A DNA stretch of 64,000 nt from Girardia tigrina. Its lineage: Eukaryota. The translations under genes were made by a program, and so were the position numbers. The first letter of the stretch is position 1. Each line of letters begins with the position of its first letter. The notes below the pieces were generated by a model, which saw nothing but the letters and a program-made list of their open reading frames with translations, had not been told where the DNA came from and ran no database searches. The DNA is taken from NCBI GenBank assembly GCA_001938485.1, contig MQRK01212312.1, positions 1 to 64,000 of the forward strand. The letters run 5' to 3'. Shown here in pieces: positions 28,531 to 41,488 of this stretch.

Positions 28531-31500
28531 ATAAGGAAAAAACGGTTGCACTGACTGCGATAAGAGTGATTCTGACAAAAGGATGCATAGTATTCTATGA
28601 ATACAATTTACGAAGGATGTGAATGAGGTTCAAATAGTTCTAAACTCTGAGATCGCCTCAGAAAATAACAGAATCAGTGGTAGTAAAATGCAACTGATGA
28701 TAGAGTGCATAGCTCGTGATTTGGCAGAATACAGGGAAAGTCTTAACGAAAGAGGGCTTCACGACAAAGATGAGGAATTTAAACACTTGCTCAAAGGAAC
28801 CATATCTGAGCGACTGAAAGAGGTAGTCGAACACGAGAAAGAATATCCGAAAATGTTTCAGTCGCGCATCAAACTATTAGCTTGCACATTCTCTTCTTTC
28901 TTTAAAAAATTTGCTGAGCAGAAGAAACTCAAAAGACACATTAAGAATGTAAATCTGGACACGGCACCGACGACACAGAGAGGTGGTGGTTCATTCATAC
29001 GTCCCATGGGGAACAGTCAAAAAGGTTATAAAATTAAGAGATGGCTACAACAACATTTATTAATTGTTCATCGAATCCAAGGTAATGGTACAACAAACAT
29101 CCAAGTAGTACAAAGAGCAGAAACAGAAAGACATACTGGGCTTTTGAACTTGAACGCCGAACATGATATGCCAGTGTCTGTCGGTGTAACTGATGAGCAC
29201 TGTTCAAGAGCAATCCGTAGTGTGGTGCTGAGTTTTCGGCTGGATAATATAACAGATAAAAGAGTGTTTCATTGCCAATTTCTCCGTCGCACTTAGTGCA
29301 TTTATATAGTTAAAAGCCTCCAGAATCACGGAATTTTGGAACATAACTGGTCATTTATCAGAGGGAAACCGAAGCGTGCCCGTGCATCGAAAGCTTGCAC
29401 TCTTGCATATAAAGTTCTGTGAGAGAATCAGAAAACTTTGTATTTGTCAAATGGTTCCTACCCGATACAGAGTCTATAATTCACTACCCTGTGTGCCAAT
29501 GCTGAGCCTTATTTGTAATACACAGTTATTCTTCACAGTCGAGGGAGACTTACTTGTTGAAAATAAGAAAAGAAATAATCAATATATTTGGTGATCTTTA
29601 AGAGCATTCATATTGCAGTTAGAATTGTTATTTCAATGGTTCTTAAAAACTCTTCCTGTTATCATTAATCATTCAAATGAAATTTTGAGATTTTTTTTAC
29701 TGTTAAAGAACACTGACGTAATTATTTTGACAACATTTATAACTACAACAATGAGAGTTGTCTCCGTGACTGCTGTCGGAAGATCGTGCACAGGTCTGCA
29801 TTCCGGTTATTGAAATTATATTTATGTTTTCTGATTTGTTTTATCATGATTATTCGAACAAAATTGCTTCATTTCTTAATTTTGAAATCTTTGAATAGAG
29901 TTAATTTTGTTACATTTTTTATTTAAACTTTATTAAAAATGTTTTAAATTCTATTAAAGAGAAATATTTCTAAATATTATCTATTTAAATTTTTTCCTCA
30001 AAATTATATTGTTTTCAAAATCAATTTAAATATATTTTTATTTTGTCGTAATTTATCTGTTTTCTTCAAATTAAAATTAAATTTAAAATAAAGTTTAGAA
30101 TAATTTAGATCTATTATATTATTCAGCCATTTGTGGCACTCTATCTTTATGGACGAATAGGGTCCGTAATGTGATCTTATAACATTTTTCAAAGACAAGT
30201 TATTACTTGTTCGTTTTTATCCATTTAATGAATGTAATTACATGTTGGATGACGTACGTCAAGAGTTCTTTGATTCATTCTAATTTAGAAGAATGTATCT
30301 CCATTAGATGATGTAGAGTTTCTTTAGTTTTAATCTTTATATTTTCAATCATAAATTGTTTCAATGAATTCTGAAGTAATCTTGATATTGTGAATTCTTA
30401 AGAAAACTTTGTTCAATATTTTATATTTTAATTTTTCGATAAATAAATCAATAATTCTATCTTCATTCATGTATAAAAAGTCTTTCATTAGCCAAACCCC
30501 GTCGTCTCTCTCTATTCCTGAGTGCGTCCCAGGAAACACAACGAAATTTGTGTTTTCTTAAGTCTCATTAAACAATTTCATTTAAACATCTATTAAAACT
30601 TAAAAGTAAATAAAACATTATTTAAATGTTGAAAAATACATTTACGCATCCTAACATTATCAAAGACATTCGGTAAGGAGATCTGTATAGAAAGAAGGCT
30701 GCGAGGATAACATGGAAACATTTACAACAGATACTTATTTCTAACGGGCTATCGTAAAAGGGCTCGTAAAGCTATATGGCAAGGGTGTGGCTGGCTGTAA
30801 CACCTCGATCCTCCTCGACATCGTTCAATGAGTTACCTTTCATGATTGGCGATGCATTAGGACAAATAATCACAGATGCTCCATCCCAAATTGATTTTTT
30901 TCATTTTAATTTACATCTTTTATCTGAAGATATTCAGATACATCTCAGAGTTGTGCGAGTATGAAACCGGATAATTTTATTTCATTTTGTAGCTCTACAC
31001 GCGGCTCTACGGCTGACAAGTATATATTATCAAACAGGTCTATACTTTTTATTTGAGTACTGAGGTTAATTACCAATCCATTTTTATCAATTTAATTTTT
31101 TATATTTTCTTGAATGAATATTTAAGCGGATTAGACGGAATTTTAATAATATTTTTCTTATTAGGAAGAGGACATTAAGTAATGATAAATATCTGTGAAG
31201 AGATTCCTTGGATCCATAGATGGGATACCTTTCTAGTTCTTTCTGTCAGCAAGGCCCCCAGATGAGTCCCGCCGTTCACCATATTGATCATAGAATGATC
31301 CAGCGTAATGTCAGGTGGCAACCGCATAAAAACCATGATTATTAAGACAAGATCAAATAAATAGTTTGATTTTAAACACAAAACTCCGACAACAAATACA
31401 TTTCAGAATTACTATGTTTTCATATACAACATTAAATTGATTTATAAAATAGCTCCATCAACACCTCAGATGCTCCACAAACGAAATTTTCATTCTTTGA

Positions 31501-31674
31501 ACAGGACAACAGAGATACACATAACCAAAAAAAAGTAAAAAGTCAAATTGGAATCTATAAGATTAAAAAGAACATTCCGAATTTCAAAAATACACCAAAA
31601 TAAAAACATTAATTTATTCGTTTAAGTAACGTTCATAATCTTTTTAAAATAAGAAATAAATAAATAAATAATAT

Positions 31675-32107
31675 TGTGAAGAATATTTTCGAATGATATT
31701 AATTGTATGTTGTGTTTGGCATGTTTTTTGGATTGTGATTCTTCCACCCAGATGGAGGATTGATATTTTGAATGAATGGTTATTCGGACAATTTTGAAAT
31801 GTAAATAACAACTTGAAAATTTAATTAATATATTTTAATTAATTAATATATAATAATATTTTAATAGTGGATTATAACGTAACGTATATTTAAGAAAAAT
31901 TAAAATATTTTTGAAAATAATTTTTAATATTTTTGTAAAAAAATATAATTTAAATTTGTTCAAATAATTAGAAGTTTAGAAATAGAATTAAAATTTGTCA
32001 ATCAAGGACGATGTCTGACTATTTAAGTTTACTGGAGAATCGTCCTGGAGCCAATTTGAGTTGTGATGCGAATAAAATTATTGGTAATCATATTAGTGTT
32101 CTTAATA
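31675..32107 (+). mobile_element. Solo LTR (TG...TA), related to the 15471 LTR family
   Basis: Runs TGTGAAGAATATTTT...GTGTTCTTAATA with 5-bp TSD AATAT. Shares CCCAGATGGA..ATTGATATTTT with the 15471/35659 LTRs. Confidence 0.85.
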
Positions 32108-32278
32108 AATATACTTCCATGAGACTAAAAAAATACAAATAAATTTATATTATTTTATTTTTACCCTAACATTTAAAATGCACAATAATATGTTTTTAAC
32201 TTCAAAAGTTGTTTCCATGAATCCCTATTCAATTATTTTATGGCATAAACATCCTAATGAGAAAGATCCATCTAAAAC

Positions 32279-33786
32279 TAGGAGTTCCGATCTCGGAGCA
32301 TATTTACAATCCAGGGATTTCAGGATTAAATTTTTCCCAATCCCGGGATCCAGATTACATTTTGATATTTTTATTTTAACAATAAAAAAACAAATAATAT
32401 TAAGATATTCATTCGAAAAATAAAAAATTTATAATTAGATAAAAAATCTAATAAATAACATTTATTTGTGACACAAGAATCATAATTCGAAAAGATTTAA
32501 GCGTAGAAAAGATAATTTGTCAAGAGTGTTATCATTCAAATTGGGGCGGATCTTATTGCATAGATATGCAGAGGATGAGAAGACTCTCCAATTCCCCAGA
32601 CATAGGATAAATTGTCAGTAAATATTTAAATGAGGCCCTCGTTTGCGTTACTGAACTGCAATATTAATCTCATAATTAATCAAACTTGAATAGGAGCCGG
32701 TTATGTTGTATGTATTGTAACTGAATTTGAAAAGATAGCCGCAATAAATTCTTGTAGTCGGTACTCCATTGTCAGATGGTCATTTGATGGTGATGACCCA
32801 TTTTGTTCTTTAAAACTCCGAGGAATGTGAGTATTCCGTTCCAAATTTTGTACTTCACCATTTTCTTCTTGCAATGGTTTTAGAAGCATCAGTAGTTTTA
32901 TGCAATAATCTTTTACCATCTTTTTTGGTAACTGTGCTTGCGGGTAGTGCAGATATTAAAAGACAACTGAGGCTTCATTGTACCGCTGTTCTAAAATTTG
33001 TTTGTGAAGGGATTCAAGAAGCTCTACGTTAAGAAAAGGAGATTGTGCTTGCAGGTCCTGTTGATGAAAATTTATTGTGGCTTCTTCAGTCAAAAGCGTA
33101 GCGTCGCTTCTGCAGATTGCTGCCAAAGCTATCTAAAATGGTTTCAGTGTAGAAACAGTTTTCTTCATGATTTCAAAATCTTCATGACTCAAACGAACGC
33201 TCGCATTGACATCAATAAGAGCTTTTTAAACAGGTGACTTTACAATTAGTAATCCCTCCAACATGTTAACTAAACTAACCCGATGTGTTCTATAGTCTAG
33301 AATCAGAGACACATTGCTGGTCGTGCTATTCTCTTGTCGCATGTAATTAAGTACAAATTCTGCTGTGATCGTTTAAATAATTTTACAACCTCTCGAGGTT
33401 TTTTCAGCATTTCTTTTATGTATTCTTTTGAAAATACTTAAGATTGTGAAGTATAATATTTTTTAAGGGTTTTAAAGATTAAAAAATGGTTTTTTATTTT
33501 AAAAGTATTTTTTTTAATAAAAAAATGCTAGAAAATTACTTTTATTTCTTACTAAGCTACATATAACCAGAAAATATTTAAAACCCTTTTTTGGTTATAA
33601 GTTAGTAGCTTAGTATAAATTCAAAATATTTTTAAGCATTTTTTAATAAAAAATTATTTTTAAATCTTACTAAGATAGAAAGTAAACATAAATAAACATT
33701 TTTCATAAACAAAATTGAGAAAGCAATATTAACGAAACCAGTAATCCCGGAATTTCGGGAAACCCATTTGGGTCCGGGATCCCCTA
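32279..33786 (-). mobile_element. Internally deleted hAT DNA transposon
   Basis: TAGG...CCTA termini with ATCCCGG subterminal motifs and a degenerate 8-bp TSD TCTAAAAC/TCTTCAAC. The minus strand has a hAT dimerisation-domain remnant RVFSSSAYLCNKIRPNLNDNTLDKLSFLR (~32500-32590) and LLKPLQE. Confidence 0.8.
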
Positions 33787-34250
33787 TCTTCAACACAGAT
33801 TATTTAGTTGTTTCTTTTATATGTTTCTGCCTACAGAAACTCGAAAAATTGAGGTAATAAGAAAGAATATATAATTGAAAGAACCGAGGTCGTAAAACTA
33901 AAGTTATTTGGTTAGATATATCCTGGGAGAATTGGAAATATCTTTTGTAAAACAGCTTCTCCGAAACGATTTGTAGGGCACGAAAGATAGAAGAATTTCA
34001 TTTTCCAGATTCAATCATCACCCTTTATTTCTTAAAAATATTAAAAATAAAAAAGCAATTTATTTTAGTTTGTTTTCTCTTGCTTTCAGTTTGTAAAATT
34101 TTCAGTGACTTTGAAATGACAAAAAAGATATTATAAAACCCGAACAAGGAATTTCGAGTATATTTCGAAAGAAACTTATTTTTGAATTAGGTCTATAAAA
34201 AGAGTTTGTAAATTATAAATATTCATAAGATTCTTGAAGGTTTTAGGATT

Positions 34251-34953
34251 TGTCATGTTTTAAGACGTTCAGAGGAAACCTTAATGAGTTGAAGAATTGT
34301 GGACAAATTCTACAAATACAAATTATTTGTGTTTTATAAAATCTAATTTAATATTTATAAAAACATCGCAAAACATTACTTAATTTATCAGCTAAAATCA
34401 CATCCCACAATTATCCAGGTCCGAGAGACAAGGTCCCCGGAAGTCGTTCTTTTTTATGCGATTTTTTTTCTTAAATTTTAGAAACAGAAAATAAAAAATT
34501 AAGACTGTATTATAAAATATCTACTAATTTTGGTTTCTATAACGTTATGGAATGGTCAGTGAAAATGAAGGTTGACTTGTCTTACCAAAGGGAAAATGAT
34601 AAAATTTTCGTTGGAGCAAACATTTATTCATTCAACAAAATCCGCAACATTTTTCGTTCTTAATAGAATATCTCAAATTACACAATAATTATTATAAAAA
34701 TAATAACTATTTTTAAATTTTTTTTTAAAAATAAAATTTGGATTTTAAAAGTAGAAATGGTGAGAAGAGAATTTTTCGTTAAATTTGTCAGGAAACAGAA
34801 CATAAAAAAGGAAGAAAGATAGAGATACTTCAATAAGGTCTTTTTTAAGACCAAAGAGGATTATGCTTTGCTGTTCAGGAATTCTATAAATTAAATTTAA
34901 TAATTTTAAAAATCATTTAAATCACTTTTAATTATGACACATCCTCCCTTTTT
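34251..34953 (-). mobile_element. 3' LTR with adjacent polypurine tract (LTR retrotransposon relic)
   Basis: On the minus strand, AAAAAGGGAGGATG is followed by TGTCATAAT...CATGACA (inverted TGTCA/TGACA termini, 34939 to 34251). Confidence 0.55.
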
Positions 34954-35658
34954 AAGGTTTATTAAAAGACTTAAAATGATTAATTTTGAAAGTTAAAAAA
35001 ACCTTAATATAAATTTTCTGTAAGGAATACCCTTGAAGGGTTTGCAGAGTCCCATACGAATTTTTTAATTATAGCAATCAGCCTCCCCGGGTGCGCTGAA
35101 CGACGTAAAAAATCCGTCAAGATAATATTAAAACTTTTAATTAATTTGTTTTTTTTAATTTGTACTTATGAAAATAATTAATTTGTAATTACAGTCCATT
35201 ATTTACATATAAAAATAATAATTATTTTTTTTGCAAATTCATCAATTCTCTTTTTCACTAATATTAATTAATTTTAACTTGATTATTAACCTTTCAACTT
35301 GTTGATATAATAATAAAATAATATTAATTGCGTTATATATACACAAGTATTAAATGTTATTTTTCCGTATTGTGTTTACAGTAGATTCTAAATTGATAAA
35401 ATTGGTTAAGAAGTCATTTGTTTACAAGAGTTTGTTTACAATGTATTTATTTTTTAGGGAACAGCTTACGGGGTTTTGGATTTGTCAAATTACAAGAAAT
35501 ATTTACGAAAGTCGTGTTGCAACGAAAATGGCGTTTGTGAATTAAAATTCGGTAAATATTTAATCATTTGATTTTCTTCTCGAAAATTATAAAAAACAAC
35601 ATTAATAATTACGAGTTACAACAATTTTATTTTGTTTAATAAAAATTATTTTAACAAT

Positions 35659-36156
35659 TGTGAGGAATATTTTGAAATTGGTTTGTTGAATTTTGTATGT
35701 TGAGTTTAGTATTTGGAAATGTGTTTCTCCCACCCAGATGGAAAATTGATATCTTAGATGTTCACGATAAATAATTATTCGAGTATAATTTACATTTTAA
35801 AGTACAGCATATGATATTTAAAAACATTAAAAATATTAAATCGTTTCAAATTTTAATATAAAAATTTAATAAAATAAATAGTTTTAACTAAGTTTTGAAT
35901 TAATTAAATATTCTTTCTTTACATAAAATAATTTTTAAATAAAATTAATACTAAAACTACAAAATTTGAACTTTAAAAATAAAATCTGAAAATAATGAAA
36001 AATTTGTTCGAATAATTGTTTATTAACAAACATTAACAAAAAGTTATCAATTTAGAACGATGTCGAATGACGAGAGTTTTGCTGAGAGTTGTCCAAAAGA
36101 CAATTCTGATTGTATTGAAAATAAAAGTTCGAAAACCCATGTTGGTGTTCTTAATA
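35659..36156 (+). mobile_element. Solo LTR (TG...TA), same family as 15471-15952
   Basis: Highly similar to the 15471 LTR over its whole length, with perfect 5-bp TSD ACAAT (35654-35658 / 36157-36161). Confidence 0.93.
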
Positions 36157-37353
36157 ACAATCATTTTAAAAGAATTTTCTCAAATGATAGTATCAAATAG
36201 AATAGGTTCAAGTAGAACGACACGAATTCGTTCACCGTGTTGCGTTCACCGTCATTCCACAACGAAAGTCCAATCATTCAGAAAATCAAAAATCAGTCAG
36301 AAAAAATCTCATAAATATTTTGTTGATCCGATCGCAAATTCAAATTTAATTTCACAGAAAAAAAATCAATTATGAATATGGACTTTAATATTGTAATAAA
36401 TCAATGTATCATAAAAAACATTTATTTTGTAACAATAATTTATTAGTAATAATAATTTATTATTTAAATAATAATAAAAAAAGTTTTTGATTTCTTTCAA
36501 ATTCGAACAACATGACCCTTTGTTTTGGACATTATTGCCTGAATAAATCAATGATGGTAAATTCCACTCTAAAACGATAAACGATTAGAAATCTCGGAGT
36601 CAAGAACCGCAAATATCAATAAAACGACGCATCGACGCACTGTGAATATCACGCACATACCGGCTCGGCGGCCGAAAACGAGAAAGGAAATAAAATTCAG
36701 ACATGAGAATGTTACTTTCGATTCTTTACTTAACGGGCTTTCACGCCGCCTAGCCACATCGGCCCACCATACAAACCCTCAAAAGGAATACATTTTTATT
36801 AGATGCTAATTTTTATTTCTTTACATTAAAAAGAGAATAAATTATTATTAATATAAAATTTTTCGTTTATAATCATTGCACATTCAAAAACATAAAGATC
36901 TTGAAGAAGAATTGAGATAGGAAGTAAAAAAAATCAGGAGTCGAATGTTATTCAGTTCAATAAAAAAGAGAATATGAGGTATAAAGAATTGATCCCACCC
37001 AGACACGAAAAGGATTTTAGTCATCGTAACGTTGATGATCTTTTTTATAAAATTCTTTTTTTGTTTTATAAAAACCATTTTCATTCTTAAAAAGTAAAAT
37101 ATTTTATTTGTTAAAATATTAAATAATTAATTTGCCTCGAATCTCTACCTAAAACAAATAGTCATTAAAAGTGTCGTCACATAATCATATTAATAAAAAA
37201 TAATATCCTTTAAAATAAAATATCTAAAGCACCGTTTTTAATTTTTTGTTTTAATCTACCGTTGCTTATTTATTGTTTGTTTCGGCGACAATGTCGATTA
37301 ATGAGCAATTAACTTTAAAATTGTCTTTTAATTATATTAGAAATATTTATTTA

Positions 37354-37358
<5 letters not shown>

Positions 37359-37412
<54 letters not shown>

Positions 37413-37462
37413 NNNNNNNNNNNNNNNNNNNNNNNNNNNNNNNNNNNNNNNNNNNNNNNNNN

Positions 37463-37500
<38 letters not shown>
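37359..37500. repeat. (TA)n microsatellite spanning an assembly gap
   Basis: Directly visible, with an N-run inside. Confidence 0.95.
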
Positions 37501-37504
<4 letters not shown>

Positions 37505-37541
37505 AATAAAGAAAAAAACACCATTTTAAAAATTTTATTTT

Positions 37542-37578
37542 ACAAAACATGTTTCGCCATTACGGCATCATCAGTTGT
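37542..37578 (-). ncRNA. Minimal type-I hammerhead ribozyme
   Basis: Minus strand reads ACAA-CTGATGA-T-GCC GTAAT GGC-GAAAC ATGTT-TTGT: intact core, 4-bp stem I, 3-bp stem II and palindromic ACATGT stem III. Confidence 0.75.
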
Positions 37579-38136
37579 GAAGTAAATTTCTTAAATTACA
37601 AGTCATTTACATGGAACATTGACTATTACACAATTAATCTTTTTTTAATTTGAGGAAAGGCCTAATGGAAAAGGTTCCTTTAGGTTTTAAATTTGCGGGT
37701 GATCTTCATAACTAATACACTATCGAGATATTTCTCAAATAAATCAAACACTCCATCGGGTGTCCAAGCTAATCTATTGTATCAATTTAAATGTCACAAG
37801 TGTGAATCCTTGTACATTGGAGAGACAAATCGTCATCTCCGCACTAGAATAGCTGAAAATACCCAATACCCTTGATCACATTAAAAAATGCAGAAATAAA
37901 GATGAGGTTAACTATGAAACTGAATTTACAGTTTTGAAGAAAAATTTTGACACATATCATGAGAGGATAGTCACTGAGGCATTATTAATAAAGCATTTAA
38001 AACCATGCTTAAATGTTCAAAGTGAATTATCCAATCATATTAAAATCTTTTAATATTACAAAAAAAGATTAATTGCGTAATTGTCAATGTGCCATATAAA
38101 TGACTTTTAATTTGAAATTTACTTCACAACTGATGA
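37542..38136 (+). mobile_element. 5'-truncated Penelope-like element with inverted pseudo-LTR copy
   Basis: GIY-YIG motif LLYQFKCHKCESLYIGETNRHLRTRIAE. 37568-37647 is the reverse complement of 38061-38136. Confidence 0.85.
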
Positions 38137-38456
38137 GCGTCGGAGAACTTGTAAATGTAACTTGAGTATAAATGTTCTCTAAATTCTGTGCAAGCATTTT
38201 AATAATTATTGGAAGACTGTCGCGTGAAGATTTGTTAATAAGACCTCGTGATCCTAAAATCAATGCTCAATCGACACTCTAAAAAATTTTTGGCTACTAA
38301 TTTTACATAATAAATTACACAATAAGCCATTTCACATATATACGCATTAAAAACTGATAATCAGTGACTTGAAGATGACGGTAAAAACATCCAAATATAT
38401 TATTATAAAATATATTTTAAAATGGCGTTCGTATCGTTTTTTTAAAAAAATGCCAT

Positions 38457-38770
38457 TGTGAGGAATGTTTGGTATGATGTGTCGTATGTTGCAAAGTATG
38501 TTGTCTACCCAAAATATAATTGCAGAATTTTTAATATAACTTTTAAATGGTTTAAGAAATTTAATTAAATTCAACGGTAGTTAATTAAAATGCATGAAAT
38601 AAAAATAAATTAATGTTTGTCTAAATAATCGAATTCGGCAGTTATTTTAAAAAAGTATTTTCGAAAAGATTTAGAAGATTGAAAAAGAAAAATTAAAATG
38701 CAAAAGAAAATCAGGGACTTTTATCTTAAAAATAAATGTTTAGAAGGTGAAATTTCGACTTCTTCCAACA
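38457..38770 (+). mobile_element. Solo LTR (TG...CA)
   Basis: Runs TGTGAGGAAT...TTCCAACA with AATAAA near the 3' end and perfect 5-bp TSD GCCAT. Confidence 0.85.
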
Positions 38771-39325
38771 GCCATTATTTTTAAAATTCATTTACAATAG
38801 TTCTGTAAGATTCTATGAGTTATCTAGACCGCTAAATTTTTCAAAATTGACTTCAACACATTTTTGAAATAACTTATAATTTTAAAATGATATAATTTAT
38901 TATTTAGAAATAATTTTTCATTATCACAAATATTTGAAAAAAAAATTAAAATGAGTAAAAAATTTTACTTCCTTTCGTTAAGACAGTACATTTATTGCAA
39001 GTTTGAAGTCGCTAACAAGGGAAGATAAGATTTACGAAAATTTAATTTCGAAATTTAATAAGTTAATGATTAAAAATACTAAGTCAAATTCTCAGAGTCT
39101 TTTACTAGCAATACCATATGATAATGGTTGATGGTATCTTTAAATTTTTTATATTTTAAATGAATCCCTCGATCTGACATTTTATGCTATGATCAGAGTA
39201 AGACGACGAATTCATCGATGTAAAATTGAAAAGTTACAAAAAAATATCGAATAACCGCACAAATTTTTTGTCACTGTTTTATCCATTTCCTTTTATTTAT
39301 ATCTGCTAAACAAAAACATGATTTT

Positions 39326-39799
39326 TGTTAAGAGAACTCACACATTTGACAGAACATTTATTACATTCACAATTTTTATCATCTTTATGATGATCAATAT
39401 TATTGCTTTCAATATAATCCATCACTCAATTTTCAATATCTCCCATTATAATCTGAACTATACTTGATAAGATTATTTTATTTAAAAATATTTAATTTAA
39501 ATTGAAATAAATAAAATATTTCTGAAATAAAATATTTCTATAGTCATTTTTAAACATTGATTTGATTTTAATTATTTAAAAATTTACAAAAATAAAATCA
39601 ATAAAATTATTTAAAAGTTTCAATAATAAAAACTAAAAATTTGAATATAAGATCTAAATTTAAATAAATTAGTTTCAGATTATAAAAATTAAATATTGAC
39701 AATCAATCTGGTTAGGAGAGGCACAATCCCAAATCAACATACAACATTTAAACATGCAAACACTACAAAAAAACATCCACACACCAAATATTCCTCACA
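39326..39799 (-). mobile_element. Solo LTR (TG...CA), related to the TGTGAGGAAT family
   Basis: Minus strand runs TGTGAGGAATATTT...CTCTTAACA; TSD ATTTT/CTTTT (4 of 5). Confidence 0.75.
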
Positions 39800-40475
39800 C
39801 TTTTTATATCCTTTTTCTAAATTAATTTCGGAAATGTTTTTTTGTTGGTGCAATCGATTTTTAGACATTGAATAATTAATTAAAATATGGTTTATATATT
39901 AAAATTTGGACAAATTATAATAATGTAATTTTTGAAAATGATTTAATGATTGTGTAAATAAGCGTCACTACAATGATATTAAAGGAACACTGGTTAGAAG
40001 AGTTCTTTTCGCAAGATTTGATATTGCATGACTTTAGGAAGTTATGGAAAAAAGAATAAAGAATCATCTTATTTATTTTCCCCGATCGTTATTAATGTCT
40101 TTGAAAAGAAGTACATGAGCTCAAAAATGGGATCTAATTCAGATCGTAATTAAGTGACTGGAAGTGTATTAAAGAGGGATTCGGAATGTTGAAATTTTGA
40201 AGAACCTTTCGAGTATGTTCTTTCAAGTATGTTTTAAAGCATTTTTACTTCACTTTTTAAGGTGAAACATTTAAAAATAAGTTAAGAAATACTTTGATAT
40301 TGAGAAAGGATTGTATAAGTATACACCCTTGTGACAAGTCTTGTGCCCTAGTTTCCAAACTATGAAGGCGATTGATTTTACACCAAAATTTAATGTCCAT
40401 TGTTGTGTTCATTCAAAATTACTCCTTAAAATAAGACTAAATGTTTTCACAAAGAGTCAAAAATTATAAAATTTA

Positions 40476-40757
<282 letters not shown>

Positions 40758-41397
40758 TTATATTTATAAATCATTCAAATTATTTATTTTTTATAAGGTA
40801 AACCCTTTTGAAGCCTAAATATTTTATCCTTTTCTTTTGAAATTTTAATGTATAAACCATTTAATATTTTTTTTATTATTTTCTTTTGTTGCTACAAAAT
40901 TTTCATTTCTCCTCTCTCACTCATAAACCCTTTACTTACACATTCAAGGGTGCAAAATTCCAAATATAATATACCAATTTTAATTATTTTTTATTTAATT
41001 AATTTCTTTTTTAAACATTAAGAAAAGCATTTTAATAAAAATATCAAATTATTTATAAAACTAAAAAATTTTATGTATTAAAAAATAAACCATTTTGAAT
41101 TTTAAAAAAAACGTTTGCTTAAATATTCTAAAATTCTTTTGTTAAATTTATTAAAATTTTTTTTAATTTTTAAAAAATTACATTTTCCGTCCCTCACACA
41201 TAAAAATCCTTTACTTACTCATTGAATGTTTCGAAAATTACAAATGAACCACATCAATTCGATTTTATTCTTATTAATCAATTAATTTATTCTTACAAAA
41301 AAATATTTTTTTAAAAAAAAAGAATTTCCATAAAAATTATAAAAAAATAATTAAAAAAAAATATTATAAAAATTGCAAAAAATCCCAGAAAATCTAC

Positions 41398-41488
41398 CTG
41401 AATAATGATAGGAATCTTCGAAGGTGGACCCTTCATCGTCGAGCGATTTCGAAAGTAAATTGTCAATTTGAAACGGATGATTAGGCAT
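41398..41488 (-). CDS. Nkx1: Nkx1 exon 1 (eh1/TN repressor motif)
   Basis: MPNHPFQIDNLLSKSLDDEGSTFEDSYHYS-G|gtagat. FQIDNLL fits the eh1 pattern FxIxxIL, phase 1 matches exon 2, and there is an in-frame stop upstream of the ATG. Confidence 0.88.

Noticed and set aside
30200-31400. GC-richer coding-looking remnant on the minus strand
   Set aside because: No diagnostic motif could be assigned and all frames are broken.
37273-37550. YIYIYI ORFs on both strands
   Set aside because: Translation of a (TA)n microsatellite across an N gap.
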